NCBI GenBank assembly: GCA_002269645.1
Contig: NIVC01000837.1
Span: 1 to 64,000, forward strand
Length of the DNA: 64,000 nt
Origin: Macrostomum lignano
Taxonomy: Eukaryota
Reading direction: 5' to 3'
In this document: piece by piece, positions 1-12,002 of the stretch
Numbering within the stretch: position 1 is the stretch's first letter
Layout: each line of letters starts with the position of its first letter
The notes under the pieces: generated by a model
The model's input: the letters and a program-made list of their open reading frames with translations, nothing else
Database searches by the model: none
Told to the model about the DNA's origin: nothing
Position numbers and translations under genes: made by a program

Positions 1-84
1 TAAAAACACCATCTGGTTTTAATTATTTTGCTTTTTCATTCAAAAGCAGGTACAAAAATACATTTGAGATTTTATGGGATCCAT

Positions 85-735
85 TGGAGGGGATCAACAT
101 GAGAATTGATGTGGATTTAAGAGGGGATCAACACCTGAAGATCGATGAGGATTTGGAAGGGGATCAACAGCCTGCGGATTGATGGGGATTTGGGAGGGGA
201 TCAACATGAGGATCGATGAGGATTTGGGAGGGGATCAACATGAGGATTGATGAGGATTTAGGAAGGGGATCAACACCTGCGGATTGATGGGATTTGGGAG
301 GGGATCAACATGAGGATCGATGAGGATTTGGGAGAGGATCAACATGAGGATTGATGAGGATTTAGGAGGGGATCAACATGAGGATTGATGAGGATTTGGG
401 AGGGGATCAACACTTAAGGATTGATGAGGATTTGGGAGGGGATCAACATGAGGATTGATGAGGATTTGGGAGGGGATCAACACTTAAGGATTGATGAGGA
501 TTTGGGAGGGATCAACATGAGGATTGATGAGGATTTGGGGGATCAACACCTAAGGATCGATGAGGATTTGGGAGGGGATCAACACCTGAGGATCGATGAG
601 GATTTGGGAGTGGATCAACACCTGAGGATCGATGAGGAGTCAGGAGGGGATCAACACCTGAGGATTGCTGAGGATTTTGGAGGGTATCAACATGAGGATT
701 ATAAGGATCTGGGAGGGATCAACACGAGGATCAGT
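85..735. repeat. Minisatellite, 34-36 bp unit GAGGATTGATGAGGATTTGGGAGGGGATCAACAT/CACCT
   Basis: Direct inspection; explains ORF 421-738. Confidence 0.9.
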
Positions 736-1343
736 TAAGAAGTTGACAGGGAATAAACGGCTCATAAGGAGGCAGAATGAGAGTGTCACCTCAGAGCTTT
801 GCACAATAGTGCCAATAACTACTTGTATATAAAATTGACAAAGTCAGCTGACTCTGGTACAAAATTAGCATTTCAAACAAAGCAATCAGCTTATTTGGAT
901 GCGCAGTCTCGCACAAGTAGGTATTTATTGTAACACTGCTTATTAATGATGGGGTATTGTTAAAAAATGCACTTCCCCCTTACAAACGGGTCCACAATGG
1001 CTACGGGACACGCAGTTTTGTGTTGCCTTATAATTGTGAGCAGAAGCTGTTTTATTAAAAAGGCTACAAGATAAGAACTAGAACTTGAAGATGTGAAATT
1101 ATGAGACAACAAACTAGCTTATATAATAGTATGAGACAGTATGAAAATTCTGATACTTGTACACACTAAAGTTCCAAGTTATAAGGACGAGCGTACATTA
1201 TGTACTATTAAGGCATAGCATTTAGTATTACTGTTAATAGCGGCAATAAACAGGCTGCCATTAGACAAAAGCAACATTAGAAATAGTTTTATTACCCAGA
1301 CTTCATTGCATTCCGACTCGATGCTTCTGCACTACTGATGGTC

Positions 1344-4300
1344 TCACCAGCGCCGGTAGCCACCGCCTCGGCCGCGACCGCCGCCTCGGCCGCCGCTTCC
1401 TCGTCCGGCGCCGCCGCCGCCACCGAAGCCCCTTTTGCCGTAGCCGAATTGGCCGCCGCCACCGCCGCGGCCCCAGTCCTGCTGGCTGGCCGGCCGCTTC
1501 CGCTGCTGATCCGGCGCAGCAGTCGGCGACTTCACAGCTGGAGCCGCTATTGGCTGCGGAGACGGCGGCGGCGGAGGCAGCGGCTTCCAAGATAGGGTCA
1601 GTTCGGCCTTGTAGGTTGGCGGATTTCTAAATAAATCCTTCATCAGGGCGCCGATGTTGTCAGCCAATCGGCATTTTGCTTCGCCGGCAGCCGGCTTGTG
1701 CGAGCGCTGGTAGGACTGGGCGGCCCTGGGAGTGCGGAGTAGCGTTTGACAGGCTGCTGACATTGGGGTTTGACAGGCTGCTGACATTGGGGTTTGACAG
1801 GCTTCTGACATTGGGGTTTGACAGGCTGCTGACATTGGGGTTTGGGACTGGTTTGACAGGCTGCTGACATTGGGATTTGGGACTGGTTTGACAGGCTGCT
1901 GACATTGGGATTTGGGATTGGTTTGACAGGCTGCTGACATTGGGGTTTGGGACTGGTTTGACAGGCTGCTGACATTGGGATTTGGGACTGGTTTGACAGG
2001 CTGCCGACCGACTTGACAGCTTAAATTACTACAAAAAGCAGAGAGGAAGCAGAAAGACAGAACAATATTATTTCCTATATTTTCCAGCTTGTAAAACTAC
2101 TGACAGTAACAAATAGGGACATGACGATCTAAATCTACAAAAAACCCCAGTACTCACAGATGCAGCAGCTGCAGCCGTTTGCGCAAATCGGCCAACAGTT
2201 CGGCGCGGTCAGCCAGAAAGTCTGGCCGAGTACGGGCGGTCTGATGCAGCGCGTACAGAAGACACTCCGAGTGAGTCAGGCTGGCGGCGTCGGCGGCGGC
2301 AGCGGCAACGGCAGCGGCCGGTGTGTCTGCGTCCGTGTCAACGTCGGCGTCGCTAGGCAACGCTAGGCGCTCAGTCAGACGGCGCAGCAGGCCGGTCAGT
2401 TGGGCGTCGGTGGCGGCGAAGTTGCCGCCTTGGTGAAGCGATTTAAATCGGATTATCGTTGCGATTTAGAGCGAATTATTGGGGCGATTTAGAGCGGATT
2501 ATTGGGGCGATTTAAAGCGGATTATTGGGGCGATTTAGAGCGGATTATCAGGGCGATTTTGATCAGATTATCAGGGTGATTTAGAGCGGATTATCGTTTT
2601 ATCGGGGCGATTTAGAATAGATAATAGGGGCGATTTAGAGCGGATTATCGGGGCGATATAGAGCGGATTATCGGGGCGATTTAAAGCGGGTTATCGGGGT
2701 AATTTAGATCGGATTATTTAGATTATCAGAGCGAATTAGAACAGAATATAAACAGACATGCGGGAAATTTAGACCGCACAGACGTTGGGCTGATTAGGGG
2801 CAATCAAAATATCATTATCCTACAAACTCACCAGAGTGGCTGCTCAGCTCGGCAAACGATTTAAGCAGGTCCAGCCGAGGAGTCTCTCCAGCCAGCTCAG
2901 CGGGCACCTTGTCTATGACTGGCAACACTTTGTCGAGAAAGTAAATCACGAATGGCTTGGCGTTAATGTTCTTCTGCAAGGGTTTTAAGGGTTTAGTAAA
3001 TGGAAAGCTAGTTGCTGAGGATTTTAGCGAGTCTTAATGGATGTAGGGAAGCTGCTGAAGATGTAGGGAAGTTGATGAGGATGTAGGGAAGCTGATGAGG
3101 ATGTAGAGAATCTGCTGAGAATTTAGGGAAGCTTCTGAGAATCTAGGGAAGCTGCTGAGGATTTGGGAAGCTGCTGAGGATCTAGGGAAGCTGCTGAGGA
3201 TCTAGGGAAGCTGCTGAGGATTTGGGGAAGCTGCTGAGGATCTAGAGAAGCTGCTGAGAATCTAGAGAAGCTTTTGAGGATCTGGGAAAGCTGCTGAGGA
3301 TCTAGAGATGCTGCTGAGAATCTAGAGAAGCTGATGAGAATCTAGAGAAGCTGATGAGAATCTAGAGAAGCTGATGAGAATCTAGAGAAGTTTCTGAGGA
3401 TCTGGGGAAGCTGCTGAGAATCTAGAGAAGCTGCTGAGGATTTAGCATAGCATCTGAGAATCTAGGGAAGCTGATGAGAATCTAGAGAAGTTTCTGAGAA
3501 TCTGGGGAAGCTGCTGAGAATCTAGAGAAGCTGCTGAGGATTTAGCGAAGCATCTGAGAATCTAGGGAAGCTGCTGAGGATCTAGGGAAGCTGCTGAGGA
3601 TCTAGGGAAGCTGCTGAGGATCTAGGGAAGCTTCTGAGAATCTAGAGAAGCTGCTGAGGATCTGGGAAAGCTTCTGGGGATATAATAAGCTCTTTGGAAA
3701 CCGGTGATCTAGAAATCTAATATCTTAGCTAGCCAAACAGAAGCGGAAAACAGGCGGGCACTCACGGACAGCAGAGGCAGAGCCTGTTTAATGCACTCCC
3801 TCAGCCTGGCTAGCAAGGCGGCATCGGCAGGCTGAAATGGTCCAGCTAGTGCGGCCTTCTTGCCAACAATGTCCAGCAGTCGCTGTCGGCCAGTGAGGGT
3901 CTGCATGCAGCTCAGCGAGGCCAGCAGTTGAACTAGGCTAATAAATTCAGCATCGCTAGCTGAATCAATCAACGGTTGAAGCCGTTCAACAAGCAGCTCT
4001 TCAAGTTTGGCGGACAGCGGCACCTGTTGCACACGGCCGGCTAGAAGACGGAGTGCTCGCTCCCGGCAAAGGTCAGGCGTCTCAGGCTGAGTCAGCTGAT
4101 CAAGGATGCCGGTCAACGCCTCGGCCGGATGAGCGCCAATCACGTGCAGAAGGGACTGCTTGGCCAGAGCCAGTTCCTGTGGAGTTAATATAATCAAGTT
4201 ATTTTAGGGTAGAATTGACATATTGTAGGGTAGGTGGCCAAAAAGTAGTTATATTTTTGCCTATACATTTTTAATACATGCCCGAAATCAAACTAGTTTA

Positions 4301-6602
4301 GACTTGGAGTCTTACATAACCAGACTGGTACTTTGAAGCACAGATTCTATATTAACCTAGATGTGTCACTCCAGCATTCGCTACTGTATTTAGCCGCCTT
4401 ACCGAGGCCCCGAAACCTCAGGGGTTTTGGCCACATCTGCTACAAAAAAACCAAACCGCATATTAAAAAACCAGTTTTTTGATCCAATTCTATCTAAAAC
4501 ATGGAATGTAACAAAAGGCTTGGGAAAAAAACGAAATCGCGCCTTCTTTCCCTCTCACCTGACTGTCGTCCGCCTGCAGCACTTGGACAAGAACGTCTGC
4601 CACCTTCGGGGCAAAGATTGGCACATCTTTGCACAGCTTTGGCAGGTCGCTAATAACCTGCCGCCTGACCAGTGTGTCCTCGTCTTCAACTAGATCGATC
4701 AGCGCATTGTAAGCCGTCTTCTGCTCGTCTGGGAAATCTTTAAATAGCCGGGCAATAAACTGAGAGGCCAAACGCTTGGAAGTTGAGTCGCCTTTGGCTG
4801 CTTGCAGAATAACTTTGAACAGGGCAGCATTCTACAAAGTACAATTTACACATTCATATTTAATTACTTATCAAATGAGCAATATTAAAGCTGTATTGAT
4901 GATAGTATTGAAAGTATTGATAACCTCAGAATTGTTAGCCCTGTGGTTTAGTTGTGGTGTTTTCATGTGTCAGCAGCCCAGGCTCAATTCTAAGTGCAGT
5001 CCAATTAATTTGGGGCTAAATTGGAATCTTAGCTTTGGTCTGCTTATGCAGTTTGGTCTGCTAATGCCATTGAAGGCCAATTCCCAAGGCACAATGAAGT
5101 GTACATGCCTAATAATAAAAAAAGTTGTTAGGGATACTGTATATTCCTATATATATGCATGCCAGCTTAGGATAATAAGTAAAATAGACAATAATGCCTC
5201 TGACTAATTTTATGACAATTTTGCTTAAAGTTTACCAAGACAAACAAAGCCTTTTATCTCTAATAAGATAATCTACTTATTATCAAATGTGTTGGAATAA
5301 CTAAAATGTGCAAATATTTTAATATATATTTAGGATGGGCCTTTATAGACATAGATATATAGAATATAAATAACTGCAAGCCTTATTTTAGCCAATTGCA
5401 CATTATTATAGACAGCACAGATTAGCCCCAAGTAGTATAGACAGTCTGGTAAACTGGTAGTGTCTAGTGTAGGAAAAGGTGTCAAGCACAGTTCAAACCT
5501 TGGCTACAATAGAGATTGCAAACTAAACATGTAGGGAGTTGTAGAAGCAACTAGCTTTCTTAAGGGTCTCTTTAATATTTTTGTATTATAGATTAGACAG
5601 TCTAAAAAACTTTTAATTATAAATTTTTTTAACAATATATAATACCCATATATTATAATGAATGATAATTGGGATTCTAATTTTAATCTTTTTATGCTAA
5701 AATTGTAGCATCCTAACAAAAAATTATTTATCCAAAATCCTCAAAGAGCTATTTTATTAAACTTAAAAGGCAAAAAATATAAACATTAAATATTTTCACT
5801 AAAAAAAACTATTTTTAAACTATTTAGATTAAAAGTTATAAATTTTTGCATTATAGAAGATAGACAGCCAAATTCCAGTTAGGGGGGGGGCCTATTTTGT
5901 CCCCAAACCAATTGAGCCATGGATATTTCACCTTTAGACCATTTTGCCTATAAACCAGTTTGGCCATAGACTATTTGCCTCCAATTTAGACATAGGTATT
6001 TATGTATTATGTATTTACTAGAGATACAACTATACATGTATCTTCATTTTCTTTTTTTCAATGCTAATTTTTAGTTTTAATATGTAAAAAACTATGATCT
6101 GAATTGTTGCTACAACAATTGCATTATTGCAATTTTGTTTATTATGATTATGAATTATAACGAGTTTTTTAAAAGTCATTCCTTTTGAAAGCATGACAAT
6201 TAAAGCCAATTTGAACAGCTGAGGATGAGAAAGGGTTTTTGGTTATAGCAAGATAAAAGCAAGATAAAGCTTGAAATACTAAAAGAATTTAAGATTTTTT
6301 CACCAAAATTGAAAATCAAAACATAGAGTTTAAAACTGTAAAGTTTAGAAATGGTCCATGGCCAAAATGGTCTATGGATGAAACAGTCTATGGGTGAAAT
6401 GGTCTGTGGGCGAAATGGTTACAACAATGATTACTTAGATTCCAGACAATTGTATTGTTTGTAGTAGGCTAGCAAGTAGGCAGTAGCAAAAAAAGCAAAA
6501 ATTGATATAGCATACCTCCATGTTTTTTCCAGTTTTTTTGTTCATCTCAATGTTCTTCATTACATCATATAGCTTTTCTAGGCTGGATTCAGAGGCAGCC
6601 AT
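1344..6602 (-). CDS. API5: Apoptosis inhibitor 5 (API5/AAC-11), 6 coding exons, 521 aa
   Basis: Exons (minus): 6602-6516, 4831-4559, 4176-3766, 2973-2832, 2428-2158, 1725-1344. All introns GT-AG, phases 0,0,0,1,2 join in frame, total 1566 nt. Motifs match API5 as remembered: KRLASQFIARLFKDFP..ALIDLVEDED..VRRQVI..LP, ECLLYALHQ..PDFL, KDLFRNPPTYKA..LSWKP, and an RGG-rich C-terminus. Confidence 0.93.
1745..2005. repeat. Minisatellite, 24/35 bp unit TTTGACAGGCTGCTGACATTGGGG, API5 intron 5
   Basis: Direct inspection. Confidence 0.9.
2440..2740. repeat. Minisatellite, 23 bp unit GATTTAGAGCGGATTATCGGGGC, API5 intron 4
   Basis: Direct inspection. Confidence 0.85.
3040..3680. repeat. Minisatellite, 20 bp unit CTAGGGAAGCTGCTGAGGAT, API5 intron 3
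   Basis: Direct inspection. Confidence 0.9.
5905..6422. mobile_element. Foldback/MITE-like element with inverted arrays of 16-bp modules, API5 intron 1
   Basis: ACCATTTtgCCtATAg-type 16-bp modules at 5905-5980 recur inverted at 6350-6422. Confidence 0.4.
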
Positions 6603-7491
6603 GGCAAATTTTAAGTGAAAAGTACTCACAGATAATTATAAAACAAATAATATACGATAATAATGCTTTATGTATGTTATCTTTTTTGGTATTTTTTCTT
6701 CGAATAAAGTATTTATGCTGTATCGTAGAAATCAATTACTGTTTTCACTTTTTTATAAACTTACTTGACAATTCACAACTTAATGCGATCTTAAATTTTT
6801 TTTAAACATATATTTCTTTTTAACAAAAAGTACCTTAATTTAAGCAAAAAATAATCGTTTTAATTAGAAAAAATGAATAAAATACATCATGATTATTTTT
6901 TTTTAAAGATAGAAAAAATATTTGAACACATATTTTATTGCCGGGTTTTCTTCATAAATGTCCCAGTCTTAGTGCTCAACTTCACTTGCCCAGTCCTCTA
7001 TTGGCCTATGCATTGATCATATTTGCACGCAGTGGTTTTTGCTAAGCTAATGAAATAAGTACGTTTTAAATTAACGAAACGTATTCTATTGAACTTTTAC
7101 GCCTTTATTATTAAGTGAACTAAACCTAAAGGTAAAGTAGATGATGTGATGATGTCATTGTCATTGTCTTGTCTACTTTGTATTGTAGGGCCTAGCTTAG
7201 TTAGCTAGTAGTAGTAGGCCTACCAAGGGGCAAAGGCTAGGCTACTGTAGGTAAACTAGGGACTTCAGAGCAGTCAGGCCGAGGGTTCCATCATCCCATG
7301 ACTTGCAGACTTGCCAATATGCATGCAGAAGCCAAATTTGAATAAAAATGAGGATTTTGGCACATGAATAACTTTGCAAGTTTGCAGTAGGCCTAGGCCT
7401 AATGGCTAGAGTTCCGGCACTGGAACCTGTTTTCTAATGGCTATGAGTCCGGCAGTCTTCTGCAGGCTATCTACTAATGAAGTCTTTAGCC

Positions 7492-7695
7492 TACCTATAT
7501 AACTTTTGCCAACACATTTTCAGACAGATCTTCTGACACTTTTTTATGACACTTAAAATGTTGCAAAAAGTGTCGTAACAGTTAACTTTCACCGACACAT
7601 TTTCAGACAGATCTTTTGACACTTTATGACACTTAAAATGTCGCAAAAAGTGTTGGAAGATCTCTGAAAATGTGTTGGCAAAAGTTATACAGGTA
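7492..7695. mobile_element. Short MITE-like element with TIRs and an internal tandem duplication of about 85 bp
   Basis: TACCTATATAACTTTTGCCAACACATTTTCAGA (7492-) is inverted as TCTGAAAATGTGTTGGCAAAAGTTATACAGGTA (-7695), with TA at both ends. Confidence 0.65.
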
Positions 7696-8959
7696 TGTTT
7701 ATCAATATTATTATTAGATAAAAGATAAAATTAAAAAGGCTAAAAAATAGCAAATTCTAATTAGCATTAAATTAATTTTATCATTTGATAGAAAAAATAT
7801 AAGTCTAAGTCTTCTTACCTAAAAGTACAAAACAAAACTGCTCAAAATGTGCAATTTTTCACTATACCTTCCATAGCATTGCTCCAATTTTATCAATTGT
7901 CTTCAAATTTGACACATAATAATCTTCATCTATTTCGACACTTTGACATTTCAAAAAAATCATGAGTCTCAAAGTCAATCCTAAATGGTGCTATGCACTT
8001 TTAAATTTAGATTTTTTTGTTAGTAAGGCAGCTATCCTAACCTTTGCCTGACTCTTTTAATCTGGTCTTAGATATGTAAAAAGGGTTATAAAATTGACTA
8101 AGTTTTGGCTGCCATAAGCTTGTTCCACATAAAGCAATTGACTTCAAACTTGAAAATTCTTCATTGATTCATTTTTTGTCCAAATGTAAAGATTCAACTC
8201 TGTCTATAACTCAATCAAGACAAAAACTATAAGCATGCAAAGTTGTCTGATTTTTCTATTAAATGTGCCATTTACTTAATCCTTTACCCAAAGCCAGAAT
8301 AAGGGTTAGGTGATAAGGCTGAATATAATAGCAATGTACATTGTTTTGGAATAGCTTTATTTATAGCCTTCTTTGCACCCCCATGGTGAGGCCATGTTTA
8401 GCTATAACAGTTTAATAAGTAATTCTAACCATTGCCCTCTGTATAAGAAACTCTATAGCAGTTTTATAGTGGATGGCAATTGGCAAATCAAGGCAACCCT
8501 AGCATGGTTTGTAAAAGTAAAATATTTCTGAAAATGCAATGCAATGCATTTTTGATGCAATGCAAATGTGATATGATGCAACCCTAATTCCTCTAATGCA
8601 AATACGATGCAATGCAACCCTACTAAATTAGTCATACCATAGAAGTTTCAATTTTTTCTTAAAGGTACTTAAAAATTTAAATGGCCTCCTAAGAAATGCA
8701 TATTTCCTTGGTTGTTAGACTGATGCAGATTGTAATGGAGCTAAAGATATACAAATTCCTTTTGGAGCTACAAATTGGGAAGAAAGATGATATGCTCAAA
8801 GCATGAAAAAACCATGAGAGTACTACGTTCCACAAACTGGCTTTCCAAGCAAGGATAGACAGACTTTTATCTCCAAGGCTAGATAAATAATCTAGTTCAT
8901 GGCTGAGAGACAGATGAGAGTAGAAAGAAGAATGAATAAACAATTTAAAAAAGAGGAGA

Positions 8960-9360
8960 GGCGAGAGAGGGGATAAGAAAAAAAGAGAGTGAGTAGAAGA
9001 GAGAGTTGAGAGAAGAGAGAAGAAGGAAGTGTTGAGAGAGAGGAGAGTGAGGAATGAGAAAAAGAATGAGAATGAGAGAGAAAAAGAAGAGAGAAAAGAA
9101 TAGAGAGGAGAAGGAAGAGATGAGAGAAGAGGGGAGAGAAGAGAGAGGAGAGTGGAGAGGAGAGAGAGAAGAGTGGAGAGGAGAGAGAAAAGATGAGATA
9201 AGAGAGATGAAAGAGAAGAGAACTATGAGAAAATATATGAGAAAAGAAAGGAGAGAAGAGAAAGGAAAAAAGAGAAAAGATAAGAGGAAAAAGAGAAGAG
9301 AAGAGAGACAGGGGATAAGAGAAAAGAAAGGAAATAGAAGAGAAGATAGAAGTTTTAAAA
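8960..9360. repeat. GA-rich low-complexity tract
   Basis: Polypurine run; explains ORFs 8945-9472 and 9054-9545. Confidence 0.85.
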
Positions 9361-12002
9361 GATCCAAGAGACAGGGGGAGTCAGAGGCAGAGGCCACAGT
9401 TTGCCATACATATTTTAGAGTCAGACTGACATTGTCTGACATTTTGTGTAGCACCCTAGCCAACAATATCAAATGTTTGCCTCAAACCCTAATTTTACAC
9501 AAATGTACTCTACTTTATGTTTACTTCTATCCTACTAACTATTAACAAGTTTTTGTTTTAGGATGGCCTCAGATTTTAGAATACATGCAAAAATAGTTAT
9601 GGGCATTGGAATTCCCTAGGTTCAAAACCTGCAGGTTTCAACAGCTTGTTATATCTAAAAATTTCAAGTTAAAAATAATTAGTAAAAATCAAGTTTGTAT
9701 TTAGGAAAAAATGATCATGCCATAGTACTTAACTGGCAAAAAGCATTATAAAAATATTAAAAAAATTTTATAAAACATTTTTGTAATTTTTTAATAATTT
9801 ATTTGACCAATTTTTAAAACTAGAATGTTTTTTTATTTGGGCAAATAAGATTTATCATAAAAAATCATAAGAAATCATAAAATTATTAAACAAACTTGAA
9901 ATCTCATTGTACCTTGTATAATTAAAGAATATCTAATATTTAATGTAACTCTATTTCTATATTATAGAAATTACTAAAAATGGAATAAAATAAAAACAAA
10001 TGAAAAAGCATAAACTTTTTACCTCAACTATGGCTTTTTTGCACTTGGTTCTTCAGTATAAATTTAAAAGGCTACTTTAATAAGTTAGTTTGTCTATTTA
10101 CCGTATACTACTTATATCTAGTCTTTGCACCAATTATTAAGCTCTGCATCTGCTTGATAGGTTAGATTAGAAAGAGTTTCAAGGTTTTTGTCTCTGAAAT
10201 CCCAAAATCAAATTTAGAATTTGATTGTCAAATCAAAGCCTATAAGCTTTGAGGACACTTTGAAGTAATTTGACTGATTATTATACATTGGCTAGATTGC
10301 CCCTGGCCACTAGTGCTGTGCATGGCCACCAAAATATGTTGGGAAACTACCCAGATGATGTAGAAAATAGTTAGAGGCTGGTATTTCTAGTGCTCCTTAG
10401 ATTTTTTTATTGAATTTAGATTTTTAAGCTGCCGGATGGTCAGCAGAGCTAACCATGGACAAACAACCTTTACTGCTGATATTTTTTGGAGTCTATGGTA
10501 AAAGAAAAGTTATGTGTTACATAGTAGCTGTTCCAGCCAAGCATGGTCAGCAGTGCTGATCATACAAAAAATGGGTGAAAAAATCCTACTTATCTGAATG
10601 GAATTCAGCATTTTTGTGATGACATCATCAATCTCAGAATTTCCATGCAAAATTTCCATGGTTGTAGCTGATTTACTTTTCAATAAAATGATGCACTACT
10701 CTTATTAAGGAGGTGCAGTGCTTTCTCTTTCAAAAATGCCTGTTTGCAGATTTTAAAGTGAACTGTAGTGTCTATTGCTAGATATCGAGTAGTGTACACA
10801 CTGCATAATCTATATAGAGAGCATTAAGTTAAAATGCACTTTGAAACAGCTTTTTTTCGACCCTAGATTTGTCCAAGCCAAGTATAAAATGCTCCCTTCT
10901 TGGCTATAAAGGCTTTGCACAGGGCGCGTTACGATTCCAGCTATAGTCTATGGCCAGCCCAGCTGACCATGTCAGCAGGAACGGAGCTTTTGTATTTCTT
11001 TCCCACTTAGCTGAGCCGTGTCTGTCTATGGTTCAATGCTTTTTTTTCATTTCTTTGGCCAGGCCTATCATTTCTTTGGCCCGGTCCAAGTTTGGAAGAA
11101 ATATATTCTTTCCGTTTCTTTCTGTCTATGGCCCAAAGTCCACGGCTACGAGCTCGCTTCTAGGCCTCGGCTGCGCCTCGGCCAAGATACGAGCTCTCAG
11201 CCGAATAATTCGGGCCAAAGAAGGGAAGAAACGGAAAGAACTTGTACTTCTAGCTCCGGCGCGAAAAGGTTAAAGAAATGCCTGAGGGTTTCTGCTCAAG
11301 CATCATCGCTATTCAGTTAAGCTTGTAGCTGCTGCTTCTGCTGTGTTGTCTGAAAATTACGAAATTAGTCTTTGATAGCTCTTTAATCTTTAATATTCCC
11401 CATTTATACCCGTGCTAGGGCAATAAATGCTTGAGTGACCAGTTTATTGACCGATGCGAAGCCTTAAGAACGTTAAAGATAATTTTTTTAAATGATTCAA
11501 TGTCTATGGTCTATAGCAGAATTTCTATACAATTCAGTCAATTCTCTCTATGTAGCCAAGTGAGCAGTTAGAAACGGCGTTTTAATATTGTCTTTGGGCA
11601 AATGAAATAAACCGTTTATTTGCACCATGCAAATAAATGGAATTTACACTGAGACCATAGACGTTCGCCCAGGGCAAGTGAGGGATACATACAAATTTCC
11701 TTGTTATTACTCTGAAATTTACTCAGCGATTTCTCTGATACCGAGCATGCTGATGTAGAGTTGTGCATCTTGTAGAGGGATAAATTCTGTACAGGATGGT
11801 AAAGAAACCAGCTTTCTACGTTCAATAATAAACTTTACAGAGCCTTAGAAATAGCTGCCTCCAACTTTTTTCTGCATGATCTGGCCAGTTTCCTGTCCCG
11901 TGTTTTAGTAGTCCCTGACTTTATACATCTTATCTATAGCGGATACAGCCCAGTGAATGATGTTAATTCCGCCACATCCCAGCGGTGCCAATAGTTGCAG
12001 CC

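Noticed and set aside
8945-9545. Hydrophobic Leu/Ser-rich and Arg/Glu-rich ORFs (also 34746-35417, 36294-37310, 39153-40046)
   Set aside because: Products of GA/CT low-complexity tracts, not membrane proteins.
10950-11320. 100-107 aa ORFs in the API5/CCSER-like spacer
   Set aside because: No homology recognised and no coding-like bias; likely promoter, UTR or TE-derived.
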